Shown here piece after piece: positions 8,996 through 18,374 of a stretch of 64,000 nucleotides of DNA. The stretch lies in the IMG/VR virus record IMGVR_UViG_3300008265_000001. One strand, given 5' to 3'. Within the stretch, counting starts at the first letter, position 1; each line of letters starts with the position of its first letter. Source of the stretch: a virus. The position numbers and the translations under genes are program-made. The notes below the pieces were generated by a model. It ran no database searches and was not told the origin of the DNA. It saw only the letters and a program-made list of their open reading frames with translations.

Positions 8996-9847
8996 ATGTC
9001 AAACATTCAAATTGCTTTAGGAGTAGCTAATCCTACAGTACTTACAACCCTCGACCTCAGCACGAACCCAATCAAAACAATTGGTGACTCTGAGTACGTT
9101 CCTGTAACTATCGCTGTCACTCAAGCTGATATCACCGCATCCGTTATCCCTATCGCTACTCAGTCCAAATTAAAGGCTGAAGTAGCTGGGGCATTCGATA
9201 AAGTCCGTGTTGGTGATTTTATTACCGCACTGGCAACTGGTTCTTTGACGGCAAAAAGCAACGTAGCAGTCAACAACGTATATCTTGCTTCTGGCTTGAA
9301 GGAAATCACTTACGATGAAAACTACAACAGCACCAACCTCGGAGTCAAGTCTGGCGACGCAATCACTGTCGCTTCTGCTGGTACTGGCATTCCTGCCAAC
9401 ACCATTGTCACAAAAATTGACTATGTAGCTCGTAAAATCTACATTGACAAAGCTCTAACTGAAAGTAAAGTTGCAAGTGTCAGCGTAACCCCCAAAATTC
9501 GCGTCACAGCCGTTCGTAAATCCACTGCTGTAGCTAATCCTAACGAAATCGATTTCGATAGCACCGTAGCGACCACAGGCGTAGCTGGTAACGTCACTAT
9601 CAAAGGTGGTGCAGTTGATGGCGTGTTAACGGTTCTTCGCTTAACTCCTGTTGATAATGCAGTCAATGCAAAAGCCACTCTAAGTATTGCCTCCGCGACT
9701 CTCGATGGTTCTCAGGTTGTCGGTAGCACTGAAGGTTTCAATGGTCTGGTCTACTCAGCCTTGACTTACAGCAATATCGGTCAGTACCAAATTGACCTCA
9801 ACAGTTATCGCACCAAAGCTGGTGTAGCCGCACCTACTGGCGCATAA
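8996..9847 (+). CDS. major tail (tube) protein candidate
   Basis: 283 aa, T/V/A-rich and beta-looking. Lies upstream of the chaperone-frameshift pair and tape measure, and is followed by a strong terminator. Confidence 0.45.
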   Translation: MSNIQIALGVANPTVLTTLDLSTNPIKTIGDSEYVPVTIAVTQADITASVIPIATQSKLKAEVAGAFDKVRVGDFITALATGSLTAKSNVAVNNVYLASGLKEITYDENYNSTNLGVKSGDAITVASAGTGIPANTIVTKIDYVARKIYIDKALTESKVASVSVTPKIRVTAVRKSTAVANPNEIDFDSTVATTGVAGNVTIKGGAVDGVLTVLRLTPVDNAVNAKATLSIASATLDGSQVVGSTEGFNGLVYSALTYSNIGQYQIDLNSYRTKAGVAAPTGA

Positions 9848-9884
9848 ACTTAAATGAGTATCGAATGTGAAGGTACTAAATATT

Positions 9885-9931
9885 TCGCTATCTCAAACCT
9901 CTTTGTCAGGAGTTTGGATAGCGATTTTTTT
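9885..9931 (+). terminator. strong rho-independent terminator after the tail-tube candidate
   Basis: TCGCTATCtCAAACcTC...GAGTTTGGATAGCGA followed by TTTTTTT. Confidence 0.65.
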
Positions 9932-10220
9932 ACGTTCCCTGCCCCTTACCATATTGTTGTTGACTCAGACAAAGCAACAATAGAGATATGCTATGCTAAT
10001 TATTACGAAAGTCCACTCGTATTAGACTACATATTTGACTTGTTTTTCTATGTGATGGCTTTTGACGGTAGGATATGCTCTTTCTTTCTTCGGTCTATAC
10101 ATCAGAAAGAAGACCCACGCAACGAATCTTACGGCTACAAGGCACTTTACGCTTTTCAACCAAAGCTATCTGTGCAAAACAAATCAACTCTCAACGAAAA
10201 AACACAACTAGGACAATTTT

Positions 10221-10742
10221 ATGGCAGCCTCCTCGACATCAAACAAACCATCCTACCAAACCCTAGAGGTCATTCTAGATAGCGGTGAAAAAGTTCGCGT
10301 AAGACGCACTCCACAAAGCAACCTAAAACGCCTGATTGAACTTCAAGGTGAGTTGGTTGGCAAATATCTCGAAGTAAACGGAGCCATCTCAGAGTTATTT
10401 GTTCAAGACGACATTGTTGCACTCATCAAAGAATATTTGGGTCTATTACCAATTCAAGGTAAGGACGAAACCTATTTGGACTACGAAGACCTTAAGGAAA
10501 ATTGGGAACAACTCGTTCGCTTAGTATTCAACGGCTCTATCGACGAAAAGACTCGTAAAGTTGAAGGCACTACAGAACCAGAGGTCAGCAAGCTGCATTT
10601 TTTGCCCTTCGAGCTACAACTCCAGAACCACTACCATCAGTGGAGACTGAATCAGGGCAAACTTCTTCTGGAACGGGAGAAAGAAATCGAAAGTCTGGTC
10701 GAAGCCAACAAGCAAAAACCAACCGAAGACTCACCGAACTAG
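10221..10742 (+). CDS. tail assembly chaperone (gpG-like, zero-frame product)
   Basis: 173-aa ORF immediately upstream of the tape measure, overlapped by a -1 frame ORF. Confidence 0.65.
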   Translation: MAASSTSNKPSYQTLEVILDSGEKVRVRRTPQSNLKRLIELQGELVGKYLEVNGAISELFVQDDIVALIKEYLGLLPIQGKDETYLDYEDLKENWEQLVRLVFNGSIDEKTRKVEGTTEPEVSKLHFLPFELQLQNHYHQWRLNQGKLLLEREKEIESLVEANKQKPTEDSPN

Positions 10743-11050
10743 ATTTCCCTCGATTTAAAGACCCTGTAGAGTTTGAAGTCAGTGATGTAATTCTTGACTG
10801 TCTTCTTTCTGCATATCCAGAGAACGCTCTGGAATTATGGCGCACTCTTGATTATTGGGATATTCGGACACTTTTAGCCCTAAAACGTGAAGCATCCTAT
10901 TCTCCTGATATTAAGATACAAGAAATAAAGAATGAGAAGTTCAACGAGTTGTTGGACAATTTAGGTAACAAGCAAATACCTTGGGAAAATCTAGATAAGC
11001 GAACCCTGAGAGGCATCAAGAAATACAGCTTCGACTTCTTCAATAATTAG
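10221..11050 (+). CDS. tail assembly chaperone fusion (gpGT-like) made by -1 frameshifting at 10598..10604
   Basis: The -1 frame is open from 10598 to the stop at 11050. The slippery T_TTT_TTG is in the correct phase. Position matches the conserved G/GT arrangement. Confidence 0.55.
10598..10604 (+). promoter_or_regulatory. candidate -1 slippery heptamer T TTT TTG
   Basis: The zero frame reads cat ttt ttg (H F L). X XXY YYZ phasing was verified against the ORF translation. Confidence 0.5.
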
Positions 11051-11053
11051 CGA

Positions 11054-11062
11054 TGATACAAT
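11054..11062 (+). promoter_or_regulatory. possible extended -10 (TGATACAAT) before the tape measure gene
   Basis: TGnTAcAAT match 32 nt upstream of the ATG at 11094. Confidence 0.25.
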
Positions 11063-11093
11063 GATTGGATGCAACTAAGAAGTGTAAGGCAAC

Positions 11094-14000
11094 ATGGCAG
11101 CACCCTCGATAGATACATCTCCATCTCAATCAGCAATTAAAGATGCGCTCAATAAAGGCACTCTAAACATTGGTGATGATATTCGGGGTACGCTCGGCAA
11201 CGTAGCTGAACTTGATAAAAGTCTCACTAAATTGTCGGGTACTTGGGCATCTAATATTAGTCAGACGGCTAAGTTAGGTGCTTCTCTTGGTGCGCTCGGT
11301 TCCATCGCTATAAATGCCACGTTTGCTGTAGCCAACATCAGTAGTGCGTTCAACAAGATTCAAGGCGCAAAAAGTATTGTAGATGGTGCTTACACTTCCG
11401 TCAAGAACTTAGTCGGTATCAGTAAGAGTCTCGATTTTAGCGAAGCGATTCTTGGCACGAAAGAGTTTGGCGCGAACATCAAAATTCTCGAAGAAACTAC
11501 TGACGGCGTATTCAATCGCATCAGTACTGCCAGCCAAATCATCTTCGACAACAGTTCATATCAAAAGTGGTCTATCGGCGCGGTTGCAGCATACAGCAAA
11601 GTAGAATCTGCTGCGTTTCGTCTAGCTACAATTACAACCTCTTCTGAAGAATCTGCGCTTAGTGCTGTCGGCGCTCGTATCAAAGCATTGCGCGAATTAC
11701 AACGCGAGACAAACTTTGCAACAAATTCTACACAAACGCTTAACGCTCAATATGACATTGCTTCTGCTGGTTTTAGTTCCAGACAAGCCCAAAAAAGTGT
11801 AGGTAATGCCTCCATTAACTTAGCTGAAGTTGGCTTTGCAAATATTGAAGGAACCAACCAAGGTATTGTCAAGATTCTTGCTGCTAACAAGAACTTAGGC
11901 GATACGTTCAGAGATGCGGATAAACGGGCAGCACAACTATTTGCGACTACTAAGGTAGGTATTCTCACACTTGACCAATTAAATGCTGAGGCGGCTGAAC
12001 TAGCGTCAACTGGTGTAGGTGCTGGTGTTGCTTTTGAAGAAATGGCTACGGCTTTGGCTCTTGTCACCACGCAAGGTCTATCTGCTGGCGAAGGTTCGAC
12101 TGCAATCAAGTCTCTTGTAAACGAAATTGTCAGTAATGTCCCTAAAGCTCAAAGTGCGCTTGCTACCCTAAAAGATGAAGCTGGTAAACCTATTCAATTT
12201 GGATTTGGAGCGCTAAAAGCCGAAGGTCTAATTAAAATCATCGAGCGTATAGGTAAAGCCACTGGTGGTAGTCGTGACGCTCTAAATGGTATCTTCAGTT
12301 CAAGTGAAGCAGCAAAGGCGGCAAATGCTTTATTGCAATCTGGAGGAGAAAACCGCAAAAAGTTTCGTGATGAAATTGATAATGCAGGTAGCGCTGAAGG
12401 CATCGATAAGTTCAGTGAGTCTTCCAAAGAGCGTGGGAAAACATTAGAAGGTGCATTTAGGTCTTCATTCAACAAATCTCAAGCTGCGGTTGAAGAATTT
12501 GGCTCTGGAGTTGGGGAAGGTGTCAAAAAAAATCTAGAAGATACCAACACATTGTTAGGTGTGCTAGGGACTAAAAGTACAAGCACTTTTGGTAGTTTTG
12601 CGGGTTCCATTGATGGTATTGCCAATAAGTTTCAAGCTGTGTCTGGATTTATTGGCAGCGTGTTCAGTGTAGTTGCTCCACTTGCATTTTTCTCTTTTCT
12701 GTTTAAGAATCTTGGACGTTTAGGTGAAAAAATTAAGTCTGCTCTCAAACTTGATGATGGAGATGTCAAGTACGAAACATTAGCGCAAAAAATTGAAGCT
12801 AGTATTGTAAAAATTGCTAAAACAGTTGTATCTAAAGTAAAAGATATCGTCAAGCAAGTCAACGAAGAAATTGCTCAAGTAGGGCAAGAGGTAAAGGAAA
12901 AAACTGGGCTAGGGCAAAGGAAAAGCAACAAAGTTCAACCAGAAGTAATTAAAAACAATGTATCCATTCCTGCTGCAAGCGATGCAGAACTAAAACGTTT
13001 AAACTCTTTCCCTGAAAAAAGTGGCATAGCTGGTATAGGTCGTGCTTTTGGTGGGGCGAAGGAATCTGTTGGAAAACTTACTGGAAGTCTTGGTAAATTG
13101 TGGGAAGCTGCTGCCCCTGTCCGTAATGTGATTGGTGGTGCAGTTGGGGAGTTATTCTCTTTTGCTAAAGGGTTAGGAGTTGTCGGTCTTGCGGGTTTTG
13201 CTGCTTCTACTGCTCTGCAATTTATTGGGAATGTTTTCACTGGCTTAACAAACAAAGCAAGTATACCTGAAATCAAAACTCTGACAGAAGACCTCAAAGA
13301 CTTAAAGAATGTAGGTGGTCTTGACGAATTTGTAAAAGGACTCAGTGATGTTGATGCACAAATAAAAAAACTTGACCAAAGCACCCAAAATTTCTTAGAT
13401 GGCTTAGATAACCTAAAGCAGTTTTACAACACTGTTTCTGGTAAATCTTTCATAAGCGGTATTAACCAAGAAGAGTTTGGCAAAGCAAGAGCGCTTCTAT
13501 CTTCACAAATAGCTAAAAATCAACAAGCTATCAAAAATAAAGATTTCAACCCCCTAAATGACGAAGAGAGAAATGTCGGAAGAAAGATTCAATTAGGAAT
13601 TGTTCTTAGTGAAGAAGACCTTCAAGTAATTAAAAAGAAGGCTGAAAATCAAGTTGACCAGATTGAGAAAGAGATTTCAACTATTGATGCAGCTATTAAA
13701 GATGCACAAGATAATGGTGGGGCTGGTGCTAGAGATTTAGTCCGCGACTTACAAGAGCAAAAAAAGCTTCTTGAAGGTCAAGCAAAATCTAAAAAAGAAG
13801 CTGTAGAAACAGATAGGAAACGAGCAGTTCTTGACAACCAACTACGCCGACTAAACACATTTAAAAGTGATATACCCCTTTCTGTGACACTGACCTCTGC
13901 GGCTAGAAGCTCTGCTAATGCTCAGTTTGCTGATTTGAAGAAAACTCTTGATACTGTGTTCACGGTAGATACTATTGACATATCTAAAGTAGATGTTAAT

Positions 14001-16865
14001 ATTTTGAGTCAGCTAAATTCTCAGATAAAAGATTCTCTTCAAAGTATCGAAGTACAAGCCGACTTAGACCCTCAAGGTGCATTAGATGCTCTTCAGCGCA
14101 TTACAAAAGAAGCCAAGGCAACTCAAGTCATTGCTTCTAATCCTTTGTTGCAAAAAGCTACTGACAACGCTTTCAAAGTTGTTGCAGAAAAAGCAATTGG
14201 TTACAACACTGCAATTGCTAATTCTTACACCAAACTATTCTCTACGTTATCTGGTCTAGGGGCAGTTGGAGGTGAAGCTATAGGTCAAGCAACTGCACGT
14301 AATTTGCAGTCTATACAGAAGAACATAGCTACGTTAAAAGCAGGGTTAGATAAACCTAATATTGATGCTGTTGAGTATGCAAACACACTAAGTAAGATTG
14401 CAGACTTAAGCGCTGAGGCTTTTAATATCAAGAACTCTGGGCAAATTACTGAAGAGCTTGGTAAGCGCAAGCAAGTACTGACTTTCAATCAGCAACTGCT
14501 GGATGTACAGAAAAACATCGTCTCTTTGTTTTCGCAAGAAAGCAAGTTCGGCTCCTTCAGCGTATCACTAGCGCAAGCAAAACTTGCGGCAGCAGAAAAA
14601 GAATTGTCAGTCAAGCAAGAATCTTTGGCTATATCGGCGCGGGAAGAAGAAATCACTAAGCGTAATATTGTTGAGGCAGCTAAAGCAGAAGTAGGTAATA
14701 GAACACAACTATTACAGTCAGTACTTACGAACGGCAAAATATCTGGTAAAGACGCTCAATCTAAGTTTGGCATCGATTCAGCTATTGATTTAGCAAGTAG
14801 CAAAGATGTTGCAAATAAAAAAGCGGAAGCTGATAAAACTATACGGTTGAATCAAGAGAAGTTGAAAGAAAGTGAAAGTAAGACTCAGGAAGGATTTTTT
14901 AAGATTGACCCTGCATCTTTAGAGCAGTTGAAATTATCTCTTTTTAAAGAAGAGTTTGATAGATTTACAAAAGAATCTACTTCTATAATTCCTATAGATA
15001 CCTTACCAGAACTTACAAAAAATGTTGCAAATGATTCGGTAGCTGCTAAACTTTCCAAGCTTATTGGTAAAGATGCGAATGGTACTCAGTTTATAGATAC
15101 CGAAGCAGCTAGAAATTCTGGTTCCGAAGCTATTCGTAAAGCTTATTTTGATGCTGCTGCTCAAATTAAAGCAGAGCAACAGGCATTGCAAACCAATATA
15201 GCTAACGCAAATACAACTAAAAACAATATTACTGGTGGTGCTGACCAACTAAAAGAGCGCGTTGCCAACATCGACATCGAAAGTGCCAAGAAAGTCGTCA
15301 AGCAAGCAGAAGAAGACCTCAAGTTTACAGTTGTCGCAAATCGCCTCAAACAAGAGATTGGCGCACTATCCGAGACTATTGCACGTAACGAAGCTGCCAT
15401 AGACGCAAGTTTTGCTGGTCAACAACGTCTCGTTGATATCTCTAAGGGGGTTGGCGACGCATTCAGTTCGCTGGGTTCTACTGCCTCATCTCTCTTTTCT
15501 GCCTCTTCGCTAGGTGCGGTTTTCAGCAATATTGGTTCCAAGTTTGGTGACAAGCTAAACCAAATTCTGATAGATGCTAACAAGGACATCTCTAAATCAG
15601 CAGCTAAGGTAAACACTCTCAGAGCTACCAGAGACAGAGTTGCAGCAGCAGAGCTAGATGCCCTAAAACAAGGACGTTCAGACCCAGATTTAAACAAAGC
15701 CGAGAAAGACCTTAGTAAACAACTTAAGTCTGCTCAAATTGAATATGACCGCGATGTTCAGTATGTAAAGCAACGCACGATTCTTGAAGGGCTTAATGCC
15801 ACTATGGAACGTTTCAATGCCATTACCAAAGAAGGCGCTGACAAGCTTGAGAAGGTCGCAACACTAGCTAATGCCCGATTAGACTTGCAAGGACGTAGAG
15901 AGGCTTCCACAGTCCAAAGCAATCAAGCTACGAGAGGATTCAGTTCGTCAGTTCTTGGTTTGTTCGGGCAAAACAATCCTGCGGCTGCTGCGCTAATTGG
16001 TCGTAACGAAATTCTTGCGACTATTGAGAAAACTCAAGCTGACAAGAATGAAGCTGGTCGTGCTGGTGAAAAAGAACTCAACACACTTCAAGTTCAAGAG
16101 CAACAACTAAAAACTGAAGAGACAATGCTGGTCAATGCGTTGACTCAGACTAAATTGCTATCGGTACTGGTTTCTAAGCTTGACCCAAGTAGCGGTATTC
16201 AAGTTGGTGACATTAGCGGTGTAAATAAATTCATCGGTGATATTCCCAAAAACATCGCTGACGCTCAGAAGCAGACTCTTGGTTCACTAGCTTTGAATAG
16301 AGAGACGCAAAGCTTTGTTAAGCAAGACACTTTCAGCAAAATCAACAACATTGGTTTGAATGGTCAGAGTCAGATTCTTGATATTGCACAACGAAACCCC
16401 TCTGCTGGATTGATTTCCATAAAAGAAGTAGGTACTGCGCTAAGTACTGGTTTTGCTACTCAACAGCCTATTCAAAATATTACTAACCGAACACCCTTTG
16501 GAGCAGACTTCGAGGCAACCCAAAGACAACTACAAACTATTGGGGGTAGCACTAGAGATTCTGTTCAACAACAAGCACAGCAACTTCAAGACCAAATAAA
16601 CAAAGAGACTCGCAAGATTACTAATGATTTCCGCGATGCTTCTCCTAACAAGCCTCAAACCGCTAGCTCAGTTGGCAATACAACAGACCTTAGAGTTGTA
16701 GTAAATAATTCTATAACTATCGACGGGGTAAAGACTACGTTTGGAGGTGACAGCTTGAATAAAGTTGGCGCTGCTGTCGGTAAAAGTGGTGACGTTATTG
16801 AAAAAGCTCTTACTGGTTTTGGCAAAGCGTTCCTTGATTTATCTAAGACTGCTTTTGGAGTTTAG
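11094..16865 (+). CDS. tape measure protein
   Basis: 1923 aa and follows the G/GT pair. Long coiled-coil-like A/K/E/Q-rich stretches and hydrophobic segments (VFSVVAPLAFFSFLF, GLGVVGLAGFAASTALQFIG). Confidence 0.85.
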   Translation: MAAPSIDTSPSQSAIKDALNKGTLNIGDDIRGTLGNVAELDKSLTKLSGTWASNISQTAKLGASLGALGSIAINATFAVANISSAFNKIQGAKSIVDGAYTSVKNLVGISKSLDFSEAILGTKEFGANIKILEETTDGVFNRISTASQIIFDNSSYQKWSIGAVAAYSKVESAAFRLATITTSSEESALSAVGARIKALRELQRETNFATNSTQTLNAQYDIASAGFSSRQAQKSVGNASINLAEVGFANIEGTNQGIVKILAANKNLGDTFRDADKRAAQLFATTKVGILTLDQLNAEAAELASTGVGAGVAFEEMATALALVTTQGLSAGEGSTAIKSLVNEIVSNVPKAQSALATLKDEAGKPIQFGFGALKAEGLIKIIERIGKATGGSRDALNGIFSSSEAAKAANALLQSGGENRKKFRDEIDNAGSAEGIDKFSESSKERGKTLEGAFRSSFNKSQAAVEEFGSGVGEGVKKNLEDTNTLLGVLGTKSTSTFGSFAGSIDGIANKFQAVSGFIGSVFSVVAPLAFFSFLFKNLGRLGEKIKSALKLDDGDVKYETLAQKIEASIVKIAKTVVSKVKDIVKQVNEEIAQVGQEVKEKTGLGQRKSNKVQPEVIKNNVSIPAASDAELKRLNSFPEKSGIAGIGRAFGGAKESVGKLTGSLGKLWEAAAPVRNVIGGAVGELFSFAKGLGVVGLAGFAASTALQFIGNVFTGLTNKASIPEIKTLTEDLKDLKNVGGLDEFVKGLSDVDAQIKKLDQSTQNFLDGLDNLKQFYNTVSGKSFISGINQEEFGKARALLSSQIAKNQQAIKNKDFNPLNDEERNVGRKIQLGIVLSEEDLQVIKKKAENQVDQIEKEISTIDAAIKDAQDNGGAGARDLVRDLQEQKKLLEGQAKSKKEAVETDRKRAVLDNQLRRLNTFKSDIPLSVTLTSAARSSANAQFADLKKTLDTVFTVDTIDISKVDVNILSQLNSQIKDSLQSIEVQADLDPQGALDALQRITKEAKATQVIASNPLLQKATDNAFKVVAEKAIGYNTAIANSYTKLFSTLSGLGAVGGEAIGQATARNLQSIQKNIATLKAGLDKPNIDAVEYANTLSKIADLSAEAFNIKNSGQITEELGKRKQVLTFNQQLLDVQKNIVSLFSQESKFGSFSVSLAQAKLAAAEKELSVKQESLAISAREEEITKRNIVEAAKAEVGNRTQLLQSVLTNGKISGKDAQSKFGIDSAIDLASSKDVANKKAEADKTIRLNQEKLKESESKTQEGFFKIDPASLEQLKLSLFKEEFDRFTKESTSIIPIDTLPELTKNVANDSVAAKLSKLIGKDANGTQFIDTEAARNSGSEAIRKAYFDAAAQIKAEQQALQTNIANANTTKNNITGGADQLKERVANIDIESAKKVVKQAEEDLKFTVVANRLKQEIGALSETIARNEAAIDASFAGQQRLVDISKGVGDAFSSLGSTASSLFSASSLGAVFSNIGSKFGDKLNQILIDANKDISKSAAKVNTLRATRDRVAAAELDALKQGRSDPDLNKAEKDLSKQLKSAQIEYDRDVQYVKQRTILEGLNATMERFNAITKEGADKLEKVATLANARLDLQGRREASTVQSNQATRGFSSSVLGLFGQNNPAAAALIGRNEILATIEKTQADKNEAGRAGEKELNTLQVQEQQLKTEETMLVNALTQTKLLSVLVSKLDPSSGIQVGDISGVNKFIGDIPKNIADAQKQTLGSLALNRETQSFVKQDTFSKINNIGLNGQSQILDIAQRNPSAGLISIKEVGTALSTGFATQQPIQNITNRTPFGADFEATQRQLQTIGGSTRDSVQQQAQQLQDQINKETRKITNDFRDASPNKPQTASSVGNTTDLRVVVNNSITIDGVKTTFGGDSLNKVGAAVGKSGDVIEKALTGFGKAFLDLSKTAFGV

Positions 16866-16891
16866 TGCAAAATTTGTCAATCTGTCTCAAG

Positions 16892-16900
16892 TGATATAAT
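16892..16900 (+). promoter_or_regulatory. extended -10 (TGATATAAT) with TTGTCA 15 nt upstream
   Basis: Read directly in the 62-nt gap after the tape measure gene. Confidence 0.4.
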
Positions 16901-16927
16901 CAAGTAAAACAGTGAAGAAAAACAACT

Positions 16928-17335
16928 ATGGCATTAAACGTTCAACAAACTAAGCTGTACGGCATCCCTGTACCTTCGGACAAAATTACGGCTGGGGAAC
17001 TGGCAATCGATAGTACCATCGCCAACTTAGGTGACTTCTCTATCGGCGCATCGGTAGTTGCTGTTACTTGGACTTTTGATTTTGGAGGTATCTCCCTTAC
17101 TAAAGTGCAAGAAATCAAAGCTGATGCAAACGCCAACTCTGAAGCCATGTTGCTTAACCAAGTAAACTTGACCGCAGGAACTGGATTGGTAGGTGGTCAA
17201 ACTTACCGTGAGTACACCCTATACCCTTTCTCCTTTGAAGAAAAAGGTGGTATCCGAGTTGGGGCAAGTGATGAATCTCTCAAGAGCTTCCCCGTTACTT
17301 TCGTTACCAACGAATATCGCTCTAAGATTGGGTAA
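16928..17335 (+). CDS. small distal-tail protein, paralog 1
   Basis: 135 aa. Shares QxxKL(Y/F)G(I/Y)P and YR(E/N)YTL motifs with the next gene. Confidence 0.55.
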   Translation: MALNVQQTKLYGIPVPSDKITAGELAIDSTIANLGDFSIGASVVAVTWTFDFGGISLTKVQEIKADANANSEAMLLNQVNLTAGTGLVGGQTYREYTLYPFSFEEKGGIRVGASDESLKSFPVTFVTNEYRSKIG

Positions 17336-17340
17336 TCCTA

Positions 17341-17709
17341 GTGGGTCTTAGTTATTCCCAAGAGAAGCTTTTTGGCTATCCGTTAAAATCGGGTGCGGTT
17401 TCTTTTGGGAAAATTAATGCTCAGAATGCCAATGCTTTCTTTCTGCTCAATGGCTCTAGCTTGCTTGCTGGTGCTGTAACTTACGAGACAGTTACGATAA
17501 ATTTTGAAGGCATGAAAGTAGCTGATATTCCCTTTCAAAAACCCTCTTTACAACAATTTGGCACTCAATTGTTCTCATTTCGAGGACAAACTTGGATAGT
17601 GACAGCAATTGATTACAGTGGCATCTATATTGTCGGTTCATCAGAGTGCTATCGAAACTACACTCTCACAGCAGTAGAATTTAACAATCCAGAATTTGCA
17701 GTGAGTTAA
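17341..17709 (+). CDS. small distal-tail protein, paralog 2 (GTG start)
   Basis: 122 aa; tandem paralog of 16928..17335. Confidence 0.5.
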   Translation: MGLSYSQEKLFGYPLKSGAVSFGKINAQNANAFFLLNGSSLLAGAVTYETVTINFEGMKVADIPFQKPSLQQFGTQLFSFRGQTWIVTAIDYSGIYIVGSSECYRNYTLTAVEFNNPEFAVS

Positions 17710-17714
17710 CTAGC

Positions 17715-18374
17715 GTGTGGAAACTATTTCAAGATACACCCAAACGATTGCCAACTTGGGTTGGAGGTACATCTGTGTCACCATACACAAGTGAAACGAC
17801 TAATACTGTTAATCTTGACCAATACACGGCTCAAGCTGCGTATCTAACTGCAATCCATTTCGACCAGAAGTCCAAGTTGCCTTTTCTTGTTGGTTTCAAC
17901 TTTGTAGCTCTTGGTGCTGATGGATACAACAACTCAGGCTCTCGTTTCGCTACACCTGACCTCAATGCTTGCTATTATCTGACAACTGGCGACTTTCCGA
18001 CTTCAAAAACCGCCACTCTTGACTTCTATTTTTCTGACTTAAATAGCCACAAAGATTTAGATTGGGTCAATTACTATCCCAACGCAATTATTTACAAAGA
18101 CAAAGATACGACTTCCTATAAAGTATCTGACATTAAAGGACTACCCATTACTGACCGCACAACCATCAAAATACGACTTGACTTTGACATACTCTTACCA
18201 TTTCTCGGATTCGCTTCGCTTGTGCAGAAAAAGAAATTGCTCAGGTTAGTAGGGGCGGCTGGTGATGCTGAGAGCGTCAGTTATTACGGGCAAGTTTACC
18301 GATATGACAAGTTCCTGAAGTTTTCACCAAATAGTTTCTTCGCTTCGCAGGGGGATATATTATTGTGTCCTTAG
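17715..18374 (+). CDS. distal tail protein candidate (by position)
   Basis: 219-aa ORF with a GTG start, located after the tape measure. Confidence 0.4.
   Translation: MWKLFQDTPKRLPTWVGGTSVSPYTSETTNTVNLDQYTAQAAYLTAIHFDQKSKLPFLVGFNFVALGADGYNNSGSRFATPDLNACYYLTTGDFPTSKTATLDFYFSDLNSHKDLDWVNYYPNAIIYKDKDTTSYKVSDIKGLPITDRTTIKIRLDFDILLPFLGFASLVQKKKLLRLVGAAGDAESVSYYGQVYRYDKFLKFSPNSFFASQGDILLCP

Noticed and set aside
10711-10721. Alternative slippery site at the A5 run (caa aaa cca)
   Set aside because: It is not in X_XXY_YYZ phase for the zero frame. The T_TTT_TTG at 10598 is correctly phased and gives a longer fusion.
11747-15697. Series of 67-149-aa minus-strand ORFs inside the tape measure gene
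   Set aside because: These are antisense shadow ORFs of a long, codon-biased Ala/Lys/Glu-rich gene. They have no independent start context and overlap a confident CDS.
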